Source: a virus (Duplodnaviria > Caudoviricetes). Taken from it: a stretch of DNA of 28,937 nucleotides. Below the pieces are notes generated by a model, which saw only the letters and a program-made list of their open reading frames with translations, was not told the origin of the DNA and ran no database searches. Numbering within the stretch: position 1 is the stretch's first letter; each line of letters opens with the position of its first letter. Both the position numbers and the translations under genes were made by a program. The stretch is taken from positions 1-28,937 of IMG/VR virus record IMGVR_UViG_3300044641_006939, one strand, 5' to 3'. Shown here in pieces: positions 1 through 9,565 of the stretch.

Positions 1-210
1 AACTTAGCACTTAAATCTAATAGTAAGAGGAAGTTAATAGCAGTTAAAGATGAATTAGCTAAAATTAGAAAAGCAGGATTAGATCAAGGTGGAGAGTTCA
101 GTGTTGAGAATTTGACTTTTAAAGTCTTACGTGCTCGTGGATTCATAGAAAAACTTAGAGATAAGATTCGCGAACTAGAAGATACAGAATTAAGTTTGAG
201 ATCATTATGA
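1..210 (+). CDS. 3' end of conserved phage protein (possibly nucleotidyltransferase-like), truncated by window edge
   Basis: Frame 1 is open from base 1 to TGA 208-210 (...IRKAGLDQGGEFSVENLTFKVLRARG...). Its stop overlaps the next ATG (ATGA). The family is recalled from the GGEFSxENLxFK motif and not verified. Confidence 0.6.
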   Translation, partial: NLALKSNSKRKLIAVKDELAKIRKAGLDQGGEFSVENLTFKVLRARGFIEKLRDKIRELEDTELSLRSL

Positions 211-1568
211 AAATAGAACAACTATTAAACGAACATAAGAAAGGCGTTAAGGCTAAAATTTACAACAAAAAGCCTAAACCTCTTGTTGGTCCCGAAGCAT
301 TAAAGGCAAAACAAAAAACAACTCCACCTAAAACTGAATTAGAAAAACATAGTAAATTAAAATCAAAATTACAAGAAGATGCTGATTTTGAATTTGATAT
401 GAAATTAGCTAAAATTCTAAAACAACGTGGATACAAAGGCCCTATTAAATTAGAACAACTTGGGATGAAATGGATTAACGCTATAGGCGACATCGTTGAT
501 ATAGATGACGGTATAATGGTAAAAGGATCGGATCCAGAATACGATAGCTGGGTTGCTTATGTTTACGAAATGGGTCGATATGCGTATGGTGCCGAAGAAG
601 GTTATCAAACTGGAAATGCCAAAAGCGTAGAAAGAGATACTAGATTAGAACAAGATGTAACTGAAATCTCAGTGCAAGACAAGTTACACAAACGTCATCA
701 AGAACAAAGAAAAAAATCTGGATTGCCTGACCCTGACTACTATAAAGAATTAAAATCAACATATGATCTTCCTGATGAAGAACGTCAAGCTAAAGCATCA
801 GAATTAAAAAAGAAATATAATGTAAAAGAAGAAACTGATATGAAAGAAGCTAAACAACCAGAAGCTCCTAAGCCAAGAAACTTTGTGGCTAAAAATGCTA
901 AAACAGTAGGTGCTGGCAAACACAAAGATGAGAAAAAAGCCAGCAAAGAAGTTCGTGGACAAAAACATAAGAACAAAGAAATGGCTGAGACATACGATCA
1001 AGCACGAACTGCTCGTATTCGATATGCCTTAATGTTAAAAGAAGGTGACTGGGATCAACAAAGTGATGAAATGACTCCTCCAGAATATGAAATGGATCCT
1101 GAAGAGTTAAAGGCATTACGAAACACAGAATTCAGTGATGAAGAAAAATTACAAGCAATGATTAAATTAGCTGCTGGCGGAACATCAGATGAAGAAATTG
1201 CTAAAATCTTTGACATGGATAAAGAAATGGTAGCTGGCATTTTAGATGATTACATCGAAGATATCGAAGCTGCTACAGATCAAGATGCCGATGTCAAAGA
1301 AGCAGAAATGGGTAAAATAATTGATTATAAACCAGGACTAACTGCTACATTGAATACTGGTCCAGGCATGACTACTATTTTAGATTTAAAAAAGAATCCT
1401 ACAAGTTTAAGTAAAGATCCTGCTACAGGAAAATTAAAATTAGTAGGGCCACAAGCACAAGGTACACCTGCACAACAATCCACACAACAGTCGACGATTA
1501 AAACAGGTGATGCTGTAGAAATAGGAAAAACTACAGAGGACCTATTAAGATTAGCAGGATTAAGATAA
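207..1568 (+). CDS. Hypothetical modular, charged protein; candidate head-internal protein
   Basis: 453 aa ORF with N-terminal MKIEQLLNE, many hydrophobic-x-E sites and C-terminal LLRLAGLR. Confidence 0.75.
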   Translation: MKIEQLLNEHKKGVKAKIYNKKPKPLVGPEALKAKQKTTPPKTELEKHSKLKSKLQEDADFEFDMKLAKILKQRGYKGPIKLEQLGMKWINAIGDIVDIDDGIMVKGSDPEYDSWVAYVYEMGRYAYGAEEGYQTGNAKSVERDTRLEQDVTEISVQDKLHKRHQEQRKKSGLPDPDYYKELKSTYDLPDEERQAKASELKKKYNVKEETDMKEAKQPEAPKPRNFVAKNAKTVGAGKHKDEKKASKEVRGQKHKNKEMAETYDQARTARIRYALMLKEGDWDQQSDEMTPPEYEMDPEELKALRNTEFSDEEKLQAMIKLAAGGTSDEEIAKIFDMDKEMVAGILDDYIEDIEAATDQDADVKEAEMGKIIDYKPGLTATLNTGPGMTTILDLKKNPTSLSKDPATGKLKLVGPQAQGTPAQQSTQQSTIKTGDAVEIGKTTEDLLRLAGLR

Positions 1569-1578
1569 GGAAAGAATT

Positions 1579-2715
1579 ATGAAAATTAAAGACGTTGTTA
1601 TTAAAGAAGCAGATTTTTCAACTGCGTATGCAATGAGAAACACTCAAACACTACCTGTTGATACAACCAAGCCTGGAACAGGAATGGCGGGAAGTCAAGG
1701 GGGTCGACCTGCACCAGCCGCAGCCGCACCTGCACCAGCCGCACCTGCACCAGCAGCAGCAAAACCAGCAGCAGCAAAACCAGCAGCACCTAAAAAAGCA
1801 GCACCAGCAAGTGGTAAAGTTCCTCCTCAGCCTACATTAAACGGCAAGCCAAGTACTGGTCCTAAAGGTCAAGCATGGTTACAGAAATACGGAGCAACAC
1901 ATAATCCAGACGGTACACCAAAAGCGTCAGTTGATCAAGCTGCTGTGCCAGCATCTGCAAATGCATCAAGTAGTTACACTGGAGCACCAGCAGCACAACC
2001 AGCAGCAGAACCAGCTACACCGTCAGCTGGAACCACAGCAGAAATAGATAGATTAAAACAATTAGCGATTGGCGGACAACAGCCAGCAGCACAAGCAGCA
2101 CAACCAGCAGCAGCAGAACCAGTAGCCACTGCAAATGCAGGAGATAACTCCGGTGAATGGGCAGCAGGTCGTCTACCAATGTCTACCACAGCACCTGCTC
2201 CAGCACAACAAAATACAGCAGCACCTAATAGCGGAAGCTCTTATACAGGTGATATTGGCACAGCAACTAACGATGCTCCTGCTGGCCAAGCAGCTCAGTC
2301 AGCAAATGTAAATCCAGATACAGGAGCGAGTACAGTGGCACCTACGGTTAAAACTGGCACAGGCGGCACTTTAACTAGTAGTGATGGCAAAGCAGTGACA
2401 AGTCGTTCAGATGATGAAATTGCTTGGGCAAATGCTAATCCGGCAAATAGATTTAATCCAAATGGATACCCTGGTCCAGGTAATTGGGATCCAAGAACTG
2501 GTAACAAAAAAACAGATCCTAATGCTCCTGGTTTTTTTGATAAATTGTTTGGCAAAAAACAACCTGCTCAAGGTCAAGCCGCACAACCGGCACCGGCACC
2601 AGCAGCAGGATCAATGGGCACTCTTACCCCAGACCAACTTGCTACAATCAATCAAAACTTTGGTCCAAAAAAAGAAGATATCAGTATTTTAAGAAAGTTA
2701 GCCGGATTAAAATGA
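1579..2715 (+). CDS. Ala/Pro/Gln-rich low-complexity protein; candidate head-internal protein
   Basis: 378 aa, preceded by AAGGA SD. N-terminal MKIKDVVIKEA, PAAA tracts, C-terminal LRKLAGLK. Confidence 0.75.
   Translation: MKIKDVVIKEADFSTAYAMRNTQTLPVDTTKPGTGMAGSQGGRPAPAAAAPAPAAPAPAAAKPAAAKPAAPKKAAPASGKVPPQPTLNGKPSTGPKGQAWLQKYGATHNPDGTPKASVDQAAVPASANASSSYTGAPAAQPAAEPATPSAGTTAEIDRLKQLAIGGQQPAAQAAQPAAAEPVATANAGDNSGEWAAGRLPMSTTAPAPAQQNTAAPNSGSSYTGDIGTATNDAPAGQAAQSANVNPDTGASTVAPTVKTGTGGTLTSSDGKAVTSRSDDEIAWANANPANRFNPNGYPGPGNWDPRTGNKKTDPNAPGFFDKLFGKKQPAQGQAAQPAPAPAAGSMGTLTPDQLATINQNFGPKKEDISILRKLAGLK
1708..1810 (+). repeat. Coding tandem repeats (gcacctgcaccagcc / gcagcaaaacca) encoding PAPAA/AAKP linkers
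   Basis: Imperfect 12-15 bp repeats visible in the sequence. Confidence 0.8.
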
Positions 2716-2912
2716 AATTAAATGAACTAGTAAAAACATTTGAAATTTATACTTCAAATGAAGAAAGAAATATGTTAAAAAAGCTAGATTACCCTAGGCT
2801 TCTTAGCAGTTTCAGCGAACGTGATCAATTCACAATTGAGGGTATGATTAGAAAAAGTTTGGTAATTAAGATAGGAGACAAAGATCCTAAAATTATAGCA
2901 AATGAATTTTAA
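2712..2912 (+). CDS. Hypothetical protein
   Basis: 66 aa ORF overlapping both neighbours. Confidence 0.7.
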   Translation: MKLNELVKTFEIYTSNEERNMLKKLDYPRLLSSFSERDQFTIEGMIRKSLVIKIGDKDPKIIANEF

Positions 2913-3333
2913 AAATCAAGCAGAAAAATTAGAAAAATTTTTAGAAGAGGAATTTAAGAAAAAAACTCCTCTGGCAGTTTTACCAGATAAATCATTAGTA
3001 TATAATAGATTTAAAATTAAGCAAAATAAGGCTAGAGGATATTATCTATGTCATATTAACAATGATGTAATTGATACATTTTATCTTAAAGCCACAGCAG
3101 CAATAGCAGCAAAGAATTATTACAATAGCAGATTTGATTTGTACAATCACATCAAGAACTTAGACACAGAATATTGGACTAACTTTATAGATTCTGCTAT
3201 TTTTGAGGAAAGATATAAGAAAAGCAAGGATTTTGCTAAAAAACAAATTTATCTAGCAAGATATAGCTTAACTAAGCAAAGAGCAGAGAACTATAGAAAT
3301 CAAATTGCTACAATTTTTAAAAATAGTTTTTGA
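2902..3333 (+). CDS. Hypothetical protein
   Basis: 143 aa ORF filling the gap in the gene array. Confidence 0.75.
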   Translation: MNFKNQAEKLEKFLEEEFKKKTPLAVLPDKSLVYNRFKIKQNKARGYYLCHINNDVIDTFYLKATAAIAAKNYYNSRFDLYNHIKNLDTEYWTNFIDSAIFEERYKKSKDFAKKQIYLARYSLTKQRAENYRNQIATIFKNSF

Positions 3334-3339
3334 TAAATA
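3333..3339 (+). promoter_or_regulatory. Putative T4-type late promoter (ATAAATA)
   Basis: TAAATA core recurs at many gene boundaries in this window and resembles the T4 gp55 consensus TATAAATA. Confidence 0.6.
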
Positions 3340-3367
3340 ATTTAAACAACCTTTTAGGGATAAAACG

Positions 3368-4273
3368 ATGCAAGTAAAAGATCTATCACATCCAAAGAAC
3401 AGCAAATCGCTGAATGAAAGCGTAGCTAAAACATTTGGTTATAAGTTAAATCTAGACGGGTTTTCAGATGCCCAATTAATGGTAGCACGAGACAAAATTG
3501 CTGAAAAATTAGCTACTTTCGAAAGCAGCCGTCAATACGATGCTGTGTACGAAAGTAACGAATATCATAAAGATCGTGCATTTTTGGATGTAATCTTACA
3601 GGCTCTTCAAGAAAGAAAACTAAACCCAGACGAAGAAGGCAAGCGTGAGAAGTATGTAAAAGGCATGAAGAAAGTTAAAGGCGACTTTAAAAAGCGTTAC
3701 GGCGATCGTGGCGAAGAAGTAATGTATGCCACAGCTACTAAAATGGCCAAGAAAGAAAGTGTAGGCGAAGCAATGGATGTACTACGTCAGGCACTAAGTG
3801 AACAAGTTCTTACAGAAGGCGAAGAAGAAAAAGCAGCACTAATCATGTCCGCACGTGACATGGTAGATAAGATTACAGGCTGGTTAGAAGACACAGCGTC
3901 TATGAAGTCCGAGACGTTATTAGAATTATTAGACTCTATAAGAGATGAAATGGGCAGTGATGTAAGTGGTCAATTTGAACAGAAAGTTAAACCAGCATTA
4001 GACGAAATTTATACAAGTTTAGAAACGACAAGAACTGCGTTAGCACAGGCTGTATCAGTATTAACAGGCGAAGAGGCTCCAGGAATGGGTGGCGAAACTC
4101 CAGCAGCTCCAGCAGCTCCAGGTGGATTAGAAGGTGAAGTTGCAGCAGTAGGAGACGAGTTTGCCGCATCTGCTCCAGCAGCAGGTGGCGAAGAAGCAGC
4201 AGGCAGAGCACGTAGAGAAAGTGTAGAATATAGTCGCAAGTTAGGCCAAATTTTAAACTCAAAAAAAAAGTAA
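3368..4273 (+). CDS. Acidic helical protein; candidate prohead core/scaffold-like or internal protein
   Basis: 301 aa, downstream of the late-promoter motif, with repeated LNE-S/LQE-R/LSE-Q/LTE-G sites and an A/P/G/E-rich tail. Confidence 0.65.
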   Translation: MQVKDLSHPKNSKSLNESVAKTFGYKLNLDGFSDAQLMVARDKIAEKLATFESSRQYDAVYESNEYHKDRAFLDVILQALQERKLNPDEEGKREKYVKGMKKVKGDFKKRYGDRGEEVMYATATKMAKKESVGEAMDVLRQALSEQVLTEGEEEKAALIMSARDMVDKITGWLEDTASMKSETLLELLDSIRDEMGSDVSGQFEQKVKPALDEIYTSLETTRTALAQAVSVLTGEEAPGMGGETPAAPAAPGGLEGEVAAVGDEFAASAPAAGGEEAAGRARRESVEYSRKLGQILNSKKK

Positions 4274-4596
4274 TGGAAGGCACGGATGAATTAATCCGTG
4301 CTTTTAGAATTCTTCAAAAAAGAGCAAACAGCAAAGATAGTCAAGCTTCATACTCATGGTCTGCCATTAGTAATATGATAGGAGATCAAGTTGGTATTGA
4401 GCTAAACTATGACAACATAAATCCTATTATTCAATCTACTCCTGAATTAAAAAAACTTATAAAAAGTTATAGTGGTAAAGGTGTAGTGTTGAACACCAAA
4501 GCTAAAGAGGCTCCTACAGAATTTGGACAAAGTCCTGGCGTTGATATGGGTGCTGCCAAATCTGCTGCCAAGAATGTATTACAACAACCAGGTTGA
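4273..4596 (+). CDS. Hypothetical protein
   Basis: 107 aa, TAATG-coupled to the upstream gene. Confidence 0.75.
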   Translation: MEGTDELIRAFRILQKRANSKDSQASYSWSAISNMIGDQVGIELNYDNINPIIQSTPELKKLIKSYSGKGVVLNTKAKEAPTEFGQSPGVDMGAAKSAAKNVLQQPG

Positions 4597-4621
4597 CATT
4601 AAGTAATAGTAACTTTATAAT
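4593..4621 (+). promoter_or_regulatory. Sigma70 consensus promoter (likely leaderless transcript)
   Basis: TTGACA 4593-4598, 17 bp spacer, TATAAT 4616-4621; ATG at 4628. Confidence 0.85.
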
Positions 4622-4627
4622 GTTACT

Positions 4628-5347
4628 ATGAAACTATTACAACCTAAATTTAATTACTTAAAACTAGAACGCGACGAGTCATCTGGAAAACGATTATATG
4701 CATGTCCAGATGGCAGTCGTGTTCCTAGCGTTACTACTATTCTAGATAAAACCAAACCAGCAGAAGCACGTGAAGCACTAGCCGCGTGGAAAAAAGCAGT
4801 AGGCGAAAAGAAAGCACAAGAAATTACAACCGAAGCTGCTGGCCGCGGAACAAGAATGCACAAGTTTCTCGAAGATTATATCAAAGGAGAAACACTAAAA
4901 GAAACAGTGACTAATCCTTATGCAGCACAAAGTTTGGTAATGGCACGTAAAGTCATTGAACTAGGTTTTCCTAATGTAGGAGAAGTATGGGGCAGTGAAG
5001 TTCCGTTGTATTTTCCAGAACTGTATGCAGGTACAACAGATTGTGTAGGTATACACGATGGTGAAGAAAGTATACTGGACTTCAAACAAACTAATAAACC
5101 TAAAAAAATAGAATGGATTGACGATTACTTTCTGCAACTTACTGCCTATGCTCTAGCACATAACGAAGTGCATGGTACTAATATTAGAAAAGGCGTAATT
5201 ATGATGTGTGTTCGTCCACCAGAAATAGAGCCTGGAAAGTGGGGAGAACCAGAATATCAGCAGTTTATCTTAGAACCTAAAGATTTTGACTACTGGACAG
5301 AACGTTGGTGTGACAGGGTGTCTGAATACTACAAGCTAATCAGCTAA
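4628..5347 (+). CDS. PD-(D/E)XK (RecB/Cas4/MGME1-like) phage exonuclease
   Basis: PSVTTIL, RGTRMH, E...YAGTTD, ILDFKQT and YFLQLTAY motifs. Confidence 0.85.
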   Translation: MKLLQPKFNYLKLERDESSGKRLYACPDGSRVPSVTTILDKTKPAEAREALAAWKKAVGEKKAQEITTEAAGRGTRMHKFLEDYIKGETLKETVTNPYAAQSLVMARKVIELGFPNVGEVWGSEVPLYFPELYAGTTDCVGIHDGEESILDFKQTNKPKKIEWIDDYFLQLTAYALAHNEVHGTNIRKGVIMMCVRPPEIEPGKWGEPEYQQFILEPKDFDYWTERWCDRVSEYYKLIS

Positions 5348-5350
5348 ATA
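5344..5350 (+). promoter_or_regulatory. Putative late promoter (CTAAATA)
   Basis: TAAATA core directly upstream of a structural-type gene. Confidence 0.55.
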
Positions 5351-5372
5351 TCAAATAACAAGGATATCTGCG

Positions 5373-7028
5373 ATGGCTGTAGTGCAAATTTCAAAAATTC
5401 AAATTAGAAGAGGAAGAGAGCAAACAGAAGGAATTCCTCAATTAAGCAGCGGAGAAATGGCCTGGGCTGTTGACACACAAAAACTATATATTGGTAACGG
5501 TGCTGTCAGTGAAGGTGCTCCAGCTGTAGGAAATACTAGGATTTTAACAGATACAGATAATCTGTTAGACTATGCTAACTACGTCTATAAAGAAGATGAT
5601 CCTAATATTCAAACATCTGCAAGTGTAAATTATCCTGTAGAAAGAACATTACAAGATAGATTAGATGATCGTGTTAGTTGTGCAAGTTATGGTATTCTTC
5701 CTAACGGAGTAGATCAGACTGCTAACATTCAAAGGGCTATCGATAATCTTTATCTTAGCGGTACTACTAAGTTTAGTCCAGAATATAGAGTAGCACTGGA
5801 ATTTCTTCCAGGAACATATTATATTCACAGTACCATCTATATTCCTAGCCATGTGACTTTAATAGGTGCAGGTCCTAGAAAAACTATATTCCAATTTGTA
5901 GGATCTAATAGTAACGTATTTGAATTTATTAGTGATTTGTCTACAAGCACTAACAGAATAACAGAACAGCCAGGAAGTGATACTGATAGATATAACCAAC
6001 AACCTAAATATATCTACATGGGTAACTTTACAGTTAATACAGGTACTGTAGATGTACATGGTTTAAAAATGCACTCTGTTAGAGATAGTGTTTTCGAAGA
6101 CATTGAATTCACAGGTGGATTTGGTGATAGTGCAGCATCTAGTGATAATGGTGTTGCTATTGGTTTATACTCGTTAAGTACTGCGGTAACTTCTCAAAGA
6201 AACAAATTCAATCGTATCGTTATGGATGGATTTACTTATGGAATATTTGCTAAGGAAGACATCTTAGACAATTCCTTTACCGAGTGTAGATTTGTTAGAA
6301 ACAAATGGGGTATTAGTTTTGGTGCCAGTGACGGTAATGGAACTAGTCCAGCTAACGGTGCTGGCATTGGACAAGTTTATGGTCCTAGGTATAATCAAAT
6401 TTCCAATTGCTTTTTCGAAGACATAGAACAAGAAGGGGTTATTGTACATGTCGGTTATGGAAACAAACTAAGAGGCAATACATTTGTTGGTGTTGGTAAA
6501 GATGGTGCCAATCTATTCCCTGACACTTATCATAACAAAGTAAAATTTATTGCAACAGGTAATAGTATTTTACACAATAGCTTCGATGCAACTAATTTAA
6601 TTTCTAGCGACCTGAGTAGTCCTTATCGAGCAGAAGTTGGAGGCAATGTCTACACAGAAAATACAGAAACAATTACTGTAGACCTTAACACTAATCTTGG
6701 AGCACCTTTACCTAAATTTAGATTACCTATTGCTACTAACACAGGAGGAACTAGTCCTGACTATGGATATGAAATACATTATGTATTAAGAAGCAATAGT
6801 TATGACCAAGTTCGTAGAGGAAAAATTTCTGTAGCAATCGATGCAAGTACCACCGCAATACAACTAGCAGATGATTACGAATTCGTAGGATTGTCCTCTG
6901 CTGCGGAAAATATACAATTTAGTGCAACCATTATTTCAGGTGCAATCGAATTGAGATATACTAATACCAATATAGGAGATGTTTCGAAAATGATATTTAC
7001 CTATAAAGCTTTAAGTTATCTTCCATAA
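5373..7028 (+). CDS. Tail fibre/spike-like protein with Mtd-N-like N-terminus and pectate-lyase-like beta-helix
   Basis: IQIRRG...GEMAWAVDTQKLYIGNG N-terminal module; YG..PNG.DQTANIQRAID...LEFLPGTY...LIGAG beta-helix start; N/G/T/S-rich coils. Confidence 0.75.
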   Translation: MAVVQISKIQIRRGREQTEGIPQLSSGEMAWAVDTQKLYIGNGAVSEGAPAVGNTRILTDTDNLLDYANYVYKEDDPNIQTSASVNYPVERTLQDRLDDRVSCASYGILPNGVDQTANIQRAIDNLYLSGTTKFSPEYRVALEFLPGTYYIHSTIYIPSHVTLIGAGPRKTIFQFVGSNSNVFEFISDLSTSTNRITEQPGSDTDRYNQQPKYIYMGNFTVNTGTVDVHGLKMHSVRDSVFEDIEFTGGFGDSAASSDNGVAIGLYSLSTAVTSQRNKFNRIVMDGFTYGIFAKEDILDNSFTECRFVRNKWGISFGASDGNGTSPANGAGIGQVYGPRYNQISNCFFEDIEQEGVIVHVGYGNKLRGNTFVGVGKDGANLFPDTYHNKVKFIATGNSILHNSFDATNLISSDLSSPYRAEVGGNVYTENTETITVDLNTNLGAPLPKFRLPIATNTGGTSPDYGYEIHYVLRSNSYDQVRRGKISVAIDASTTAIQLADDYEFVGLSSAAENIQFSATIISGAIELRYTNTNIGDVSKMIFTYKALSYLP

Positions 7029-7078
7029 ATCTTTATACACATAGTTAATTTGGATTGTATCAAAGATAAATGTAACCA

Positions 7079-7107
7079 TTGACATTACAAATAAAACAGT
7101 ATATTAT
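7079..7107 (+). promoter_or_regulatory. Sigma70 promoter for the nrdA operon
   Basis: TTGACA 7079-7084, 17 bp spacer, TATTAT 7102-7107. Confidence 0.75.
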
Positions 7108-7163
7108 TTGTTAATAAAAGTTGATAAAGTATATGGTTACCAGTATAAAAACATTTAGTTGAA

Positions 7164-7195
7164 AAGACTTGTAGCCTACGAGTCTTCAATAAATA
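7164..7195 (+). promoter_or_regulatory. Inverted repeat followed by late-promoter motif upstream of nrdA
   Basis: aagacttgta-gcc-tacgagtctt (7164-7186, one G-U pair), then ATAAATA 7189-7195. Confidence 0.5.
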
Positions 7196-7228
7196 ACACA
7201 CCTACCTTATCATAAAAGAAAACGAAAT

Positions 7229-9565
7229 ATGTCTAATATCACAGTAATAAAAAGAAACGGAAAAAAAGAAGCACTAACAATCGAAAAATGGCAGACACAG
7301 ATTGCTAAAGTGTGTAGCGGTATAGCAGATGTTAGCCAAAGTATGATTGAAATCAAAAGCCAGCCTCATTTCTATGATGGCATCACTACAAAAGAAATCG
7401 ATGAAATTACACTAAGGGCTATTGTTGACTTAATCGATATCGAAAGCAATCCAGATTTAGGACACACTAATTATCAGTACGTAGCAGGCAAACAAAGATT
7501 AAGTATGTTACGTAAAGATGTATACGGAGGATATGAACCTCCTCGTCTATATGAAATCGTAAAGAAGAATGTGGCCACAGGTCTTTACACACAAGAATTA
7601 TTAAATTGGTACACAGAAGAAGATTGGAACAAAATGAATGATATGATAGATCATTCAAAAGATGAGCAATACAGTTATGCTGCAATCGAGCAACTAATCG
7701 AAAAGTATCTAGTTAAGAATCGCAGCACAAAGGAAATATATGAAACTCCCCAAGTTCGATACATGGTCGCAGCAGCTACGGTCTTTCATCGTGAAGAGCC
7801 GAATCAAGCAAGGATGCGATATATTAAAGAATATTATACAGCGGCCAGCGACGGTTTGTTTACTTTGGCTACTCCCGTTCTTGCTGGCTTGGGCACGCCT
7901 ACCAAGCAGTTTAGTAGCTGTGTCCTTATTCGTAGCGATGACGACCTTGATAGTATCTTCGCTAGTGGAGAAATGATGGCTAAGTATGCCAGTAAACGTG
8001 CGGGGATTGGATTGGAAATTGGTCGCCTACGCCCATTGGGCTCCCCTATTCGCGGTGGCGAAATTATGCACACTGGTATGCTGCCTTTTTTAAAGAAATG
8101 GTTTGCTGACTTAAGGAGTTGTAGTCAAGGTGGAATACGCAATGCTAGTGCTACTGTTTTTTATCCAATTTGGCATCATCAATTTGATGATCTTATCGTG
8201 CTTAAAAATAATCAAGGCACAGAAGAAACACGAGTACGACACATGGACTACGGCGTGGTGCTCAGTGCTTTCTTCTGGAGAAGGTTTAAGGATAAAGGGG
8301 TCATCACTTTCTTTGATCCCAATGAAGTACCAGACCTTTATGAAGCTTTCTACAGAGACACGAAACGGTTTGAAGATCTATACACCAAGTACGAGAAAGT
8401 ACCTAGTCTGCGCAAGAAAACTATCTCAGCAGAAGAAGTTTTTAAAGGTGGAATTTTAAAAGAACGTACAGACACAGGACGTATCTATCTTGTGTTTATT
8501 GATAATGTTATGAACCAAGGACCATTTGATCCAGAATGGCACACTATCTATCAAAGTAATTTATGCTGTGAAATTTTATTGCCCACTAAGGCGTTCAAGA
8601 GATTAGATGATGAAGAAGGACGTATTGCCCTATGCACCTTGGGAAGTATCAACTGGGGTGCCTTTCGTAATCCAGAAGATATGCGACGTGCTTGTCGCAT
8701 TCTACAACGCAGTCTATGTAATATCTTGGACTATCAAGATTTCTTATCAATTCAAAGTAAACTAAGCAATGACGAAATTCAACCTTTGGGTATTGGTGTT
8801 ACTAATCTTGCTTATTGGCATGCTAAACGTAATCTCAAATATGGAGAAGCCGATGCATTGGGAGAGGTTAAGACCTGGATCGAGCATCAAGCTTACTACC
8901 TAACCGAAGCTACAGTTGAACTAGCCAAAGAAAGAGGCAAGTGTAAAGACAGTGATAGAACAAGATATGGACAAGGTATTTTTCCTTGGGAACTACGTGC
9001 AGAGGGTGTTAACGAATTAGCTGACTTCAGTCCTGAACTTGATTGGGAGCCTCTACGTGCTGAAATGAAACAGCACGGTGTTCGCAATGCTACACTAATG
9101 GCTATTGCTCCAGTCGAAAGTAGCAGTGTTGTTATAAACAGCACAAACGGTATTGAGATGCCCATGAGCTTAATCAGTGTTAAGGAAAGTAAAGCAGGGT
9201 CGTTTACACAAGTGGTTCCTGAATATCACAGACTAAAAAACAAATATCAGCTGATGTGGGATCAGAGAGACTGTGCCGGTTATATCAAAACAGCAGCAGT
9301 GTTAGCAGCTTATGTAGATCAAAGTATTAGTACTAATACTTTCTATAATCCTGCTCATTATGCAGATCGTAAAGTTCCTACTACATTGATTGCTAAAAAT
9401 CTAATGCAGGCACACTACTGGGGAATTAAGACTTTTTATTATAGTTTAATTAATAAGACAGGTGTTAAACTACAAGAAGATCTCGGCGAGCCAAAGATGA
9501 ATGGCTATCACGAAATTAATATGGATCTACTAGATGATGCCGACTGCGAGGCCTGTAAGTTATGA
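7229..9565 (+). CDS. nrdA: Class Ia ribonucleotide reductase alpha subunit
   Basis: ATP cone (VIKRNG), SSC, NLCCEI radical-site motif, APxESSS, TFYY, C-terminal CEAC redox pair. Confidence 0.97.
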   Translation: MSNITVIKRNGKKEALTIEKWQTQIAKVCSGIADVSQSMIEIKSQPHFYDGITTKEIDEITLRAIVDLIDIESNPDLGHTNYQYVAGKQRLSMLRKDVYGGYEPPRLYEIVKKNVATGLYTQELLNWYTEEDWNKMNDMIDHSKDEQYSYAAIEQLIEKYLVKNRSTKEIYETPQVRYMVAAATVFHREEPNQARMRYIKEYYTAASDGLFTLATPVLAGLGTPTKQFSSCVLIRSDDDLDSIFASGEMMAKYASKRAGIGLEIGRLRPLGSPIRGGEIMHTGMLPFLKKWFADLRSCSQGGIRNASATVFYPIWHHQFDDLIVLKNNQGTEETRVRHMDYGVVLSAFFWRRFKDKGVITFFDPNEVPDLYEAFYRDTKRFEDLYTKYEKVPSLRKKTISAEEVFKGGILKERTDTGRIYLVFIDNVMNQGPFDPEWHTIYQSNLCCEILLPTKAFKRLDDEEGRIALCTLGSINWGAFRNPEDMRRACRILQRSLCNILDYQDFLSIQSKLSNDEIQPLGIGVTNLAYWHAKRNLKYGEADALGEVKTWIEHQAYYLTEATVELAKERGKCKDSDRTRYGQGIFPWELRAEGVNELADFSPELDWEPLRAEMKQHGVRNATLMAIAPVESSSVVINSTNGIEMPMSLISVKESKAGSFTQVVPEYHRLKNKYQLMWDQRDCAGYIKTAAVLAAYVDQSISTNTFYNPAHYADRKVPTTLIAKNLMQAHYWGIKTFYYSLINKTGVKLQEDLGEPKMNGYHEINMDLLDDADCEACKL

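Noticed and set aside
1708-2220. Repeats resembling a CRISPR array or VNTR
   Set aside because: They are in-frame Ala/Pro codon repeats without constant-length unique spacers.
4628-5347. Cas4/CRISPR association of the nuclease
   Set aside because: There is no four-Cys Fe-S motif, cas neighbour or array; it fits a common T4-like exonuclease.
7090-7145. NrdR box upstream of nrdA
   Set aside because: Only loose AT-rich resemblance; no convincing 16-bp palindrome.
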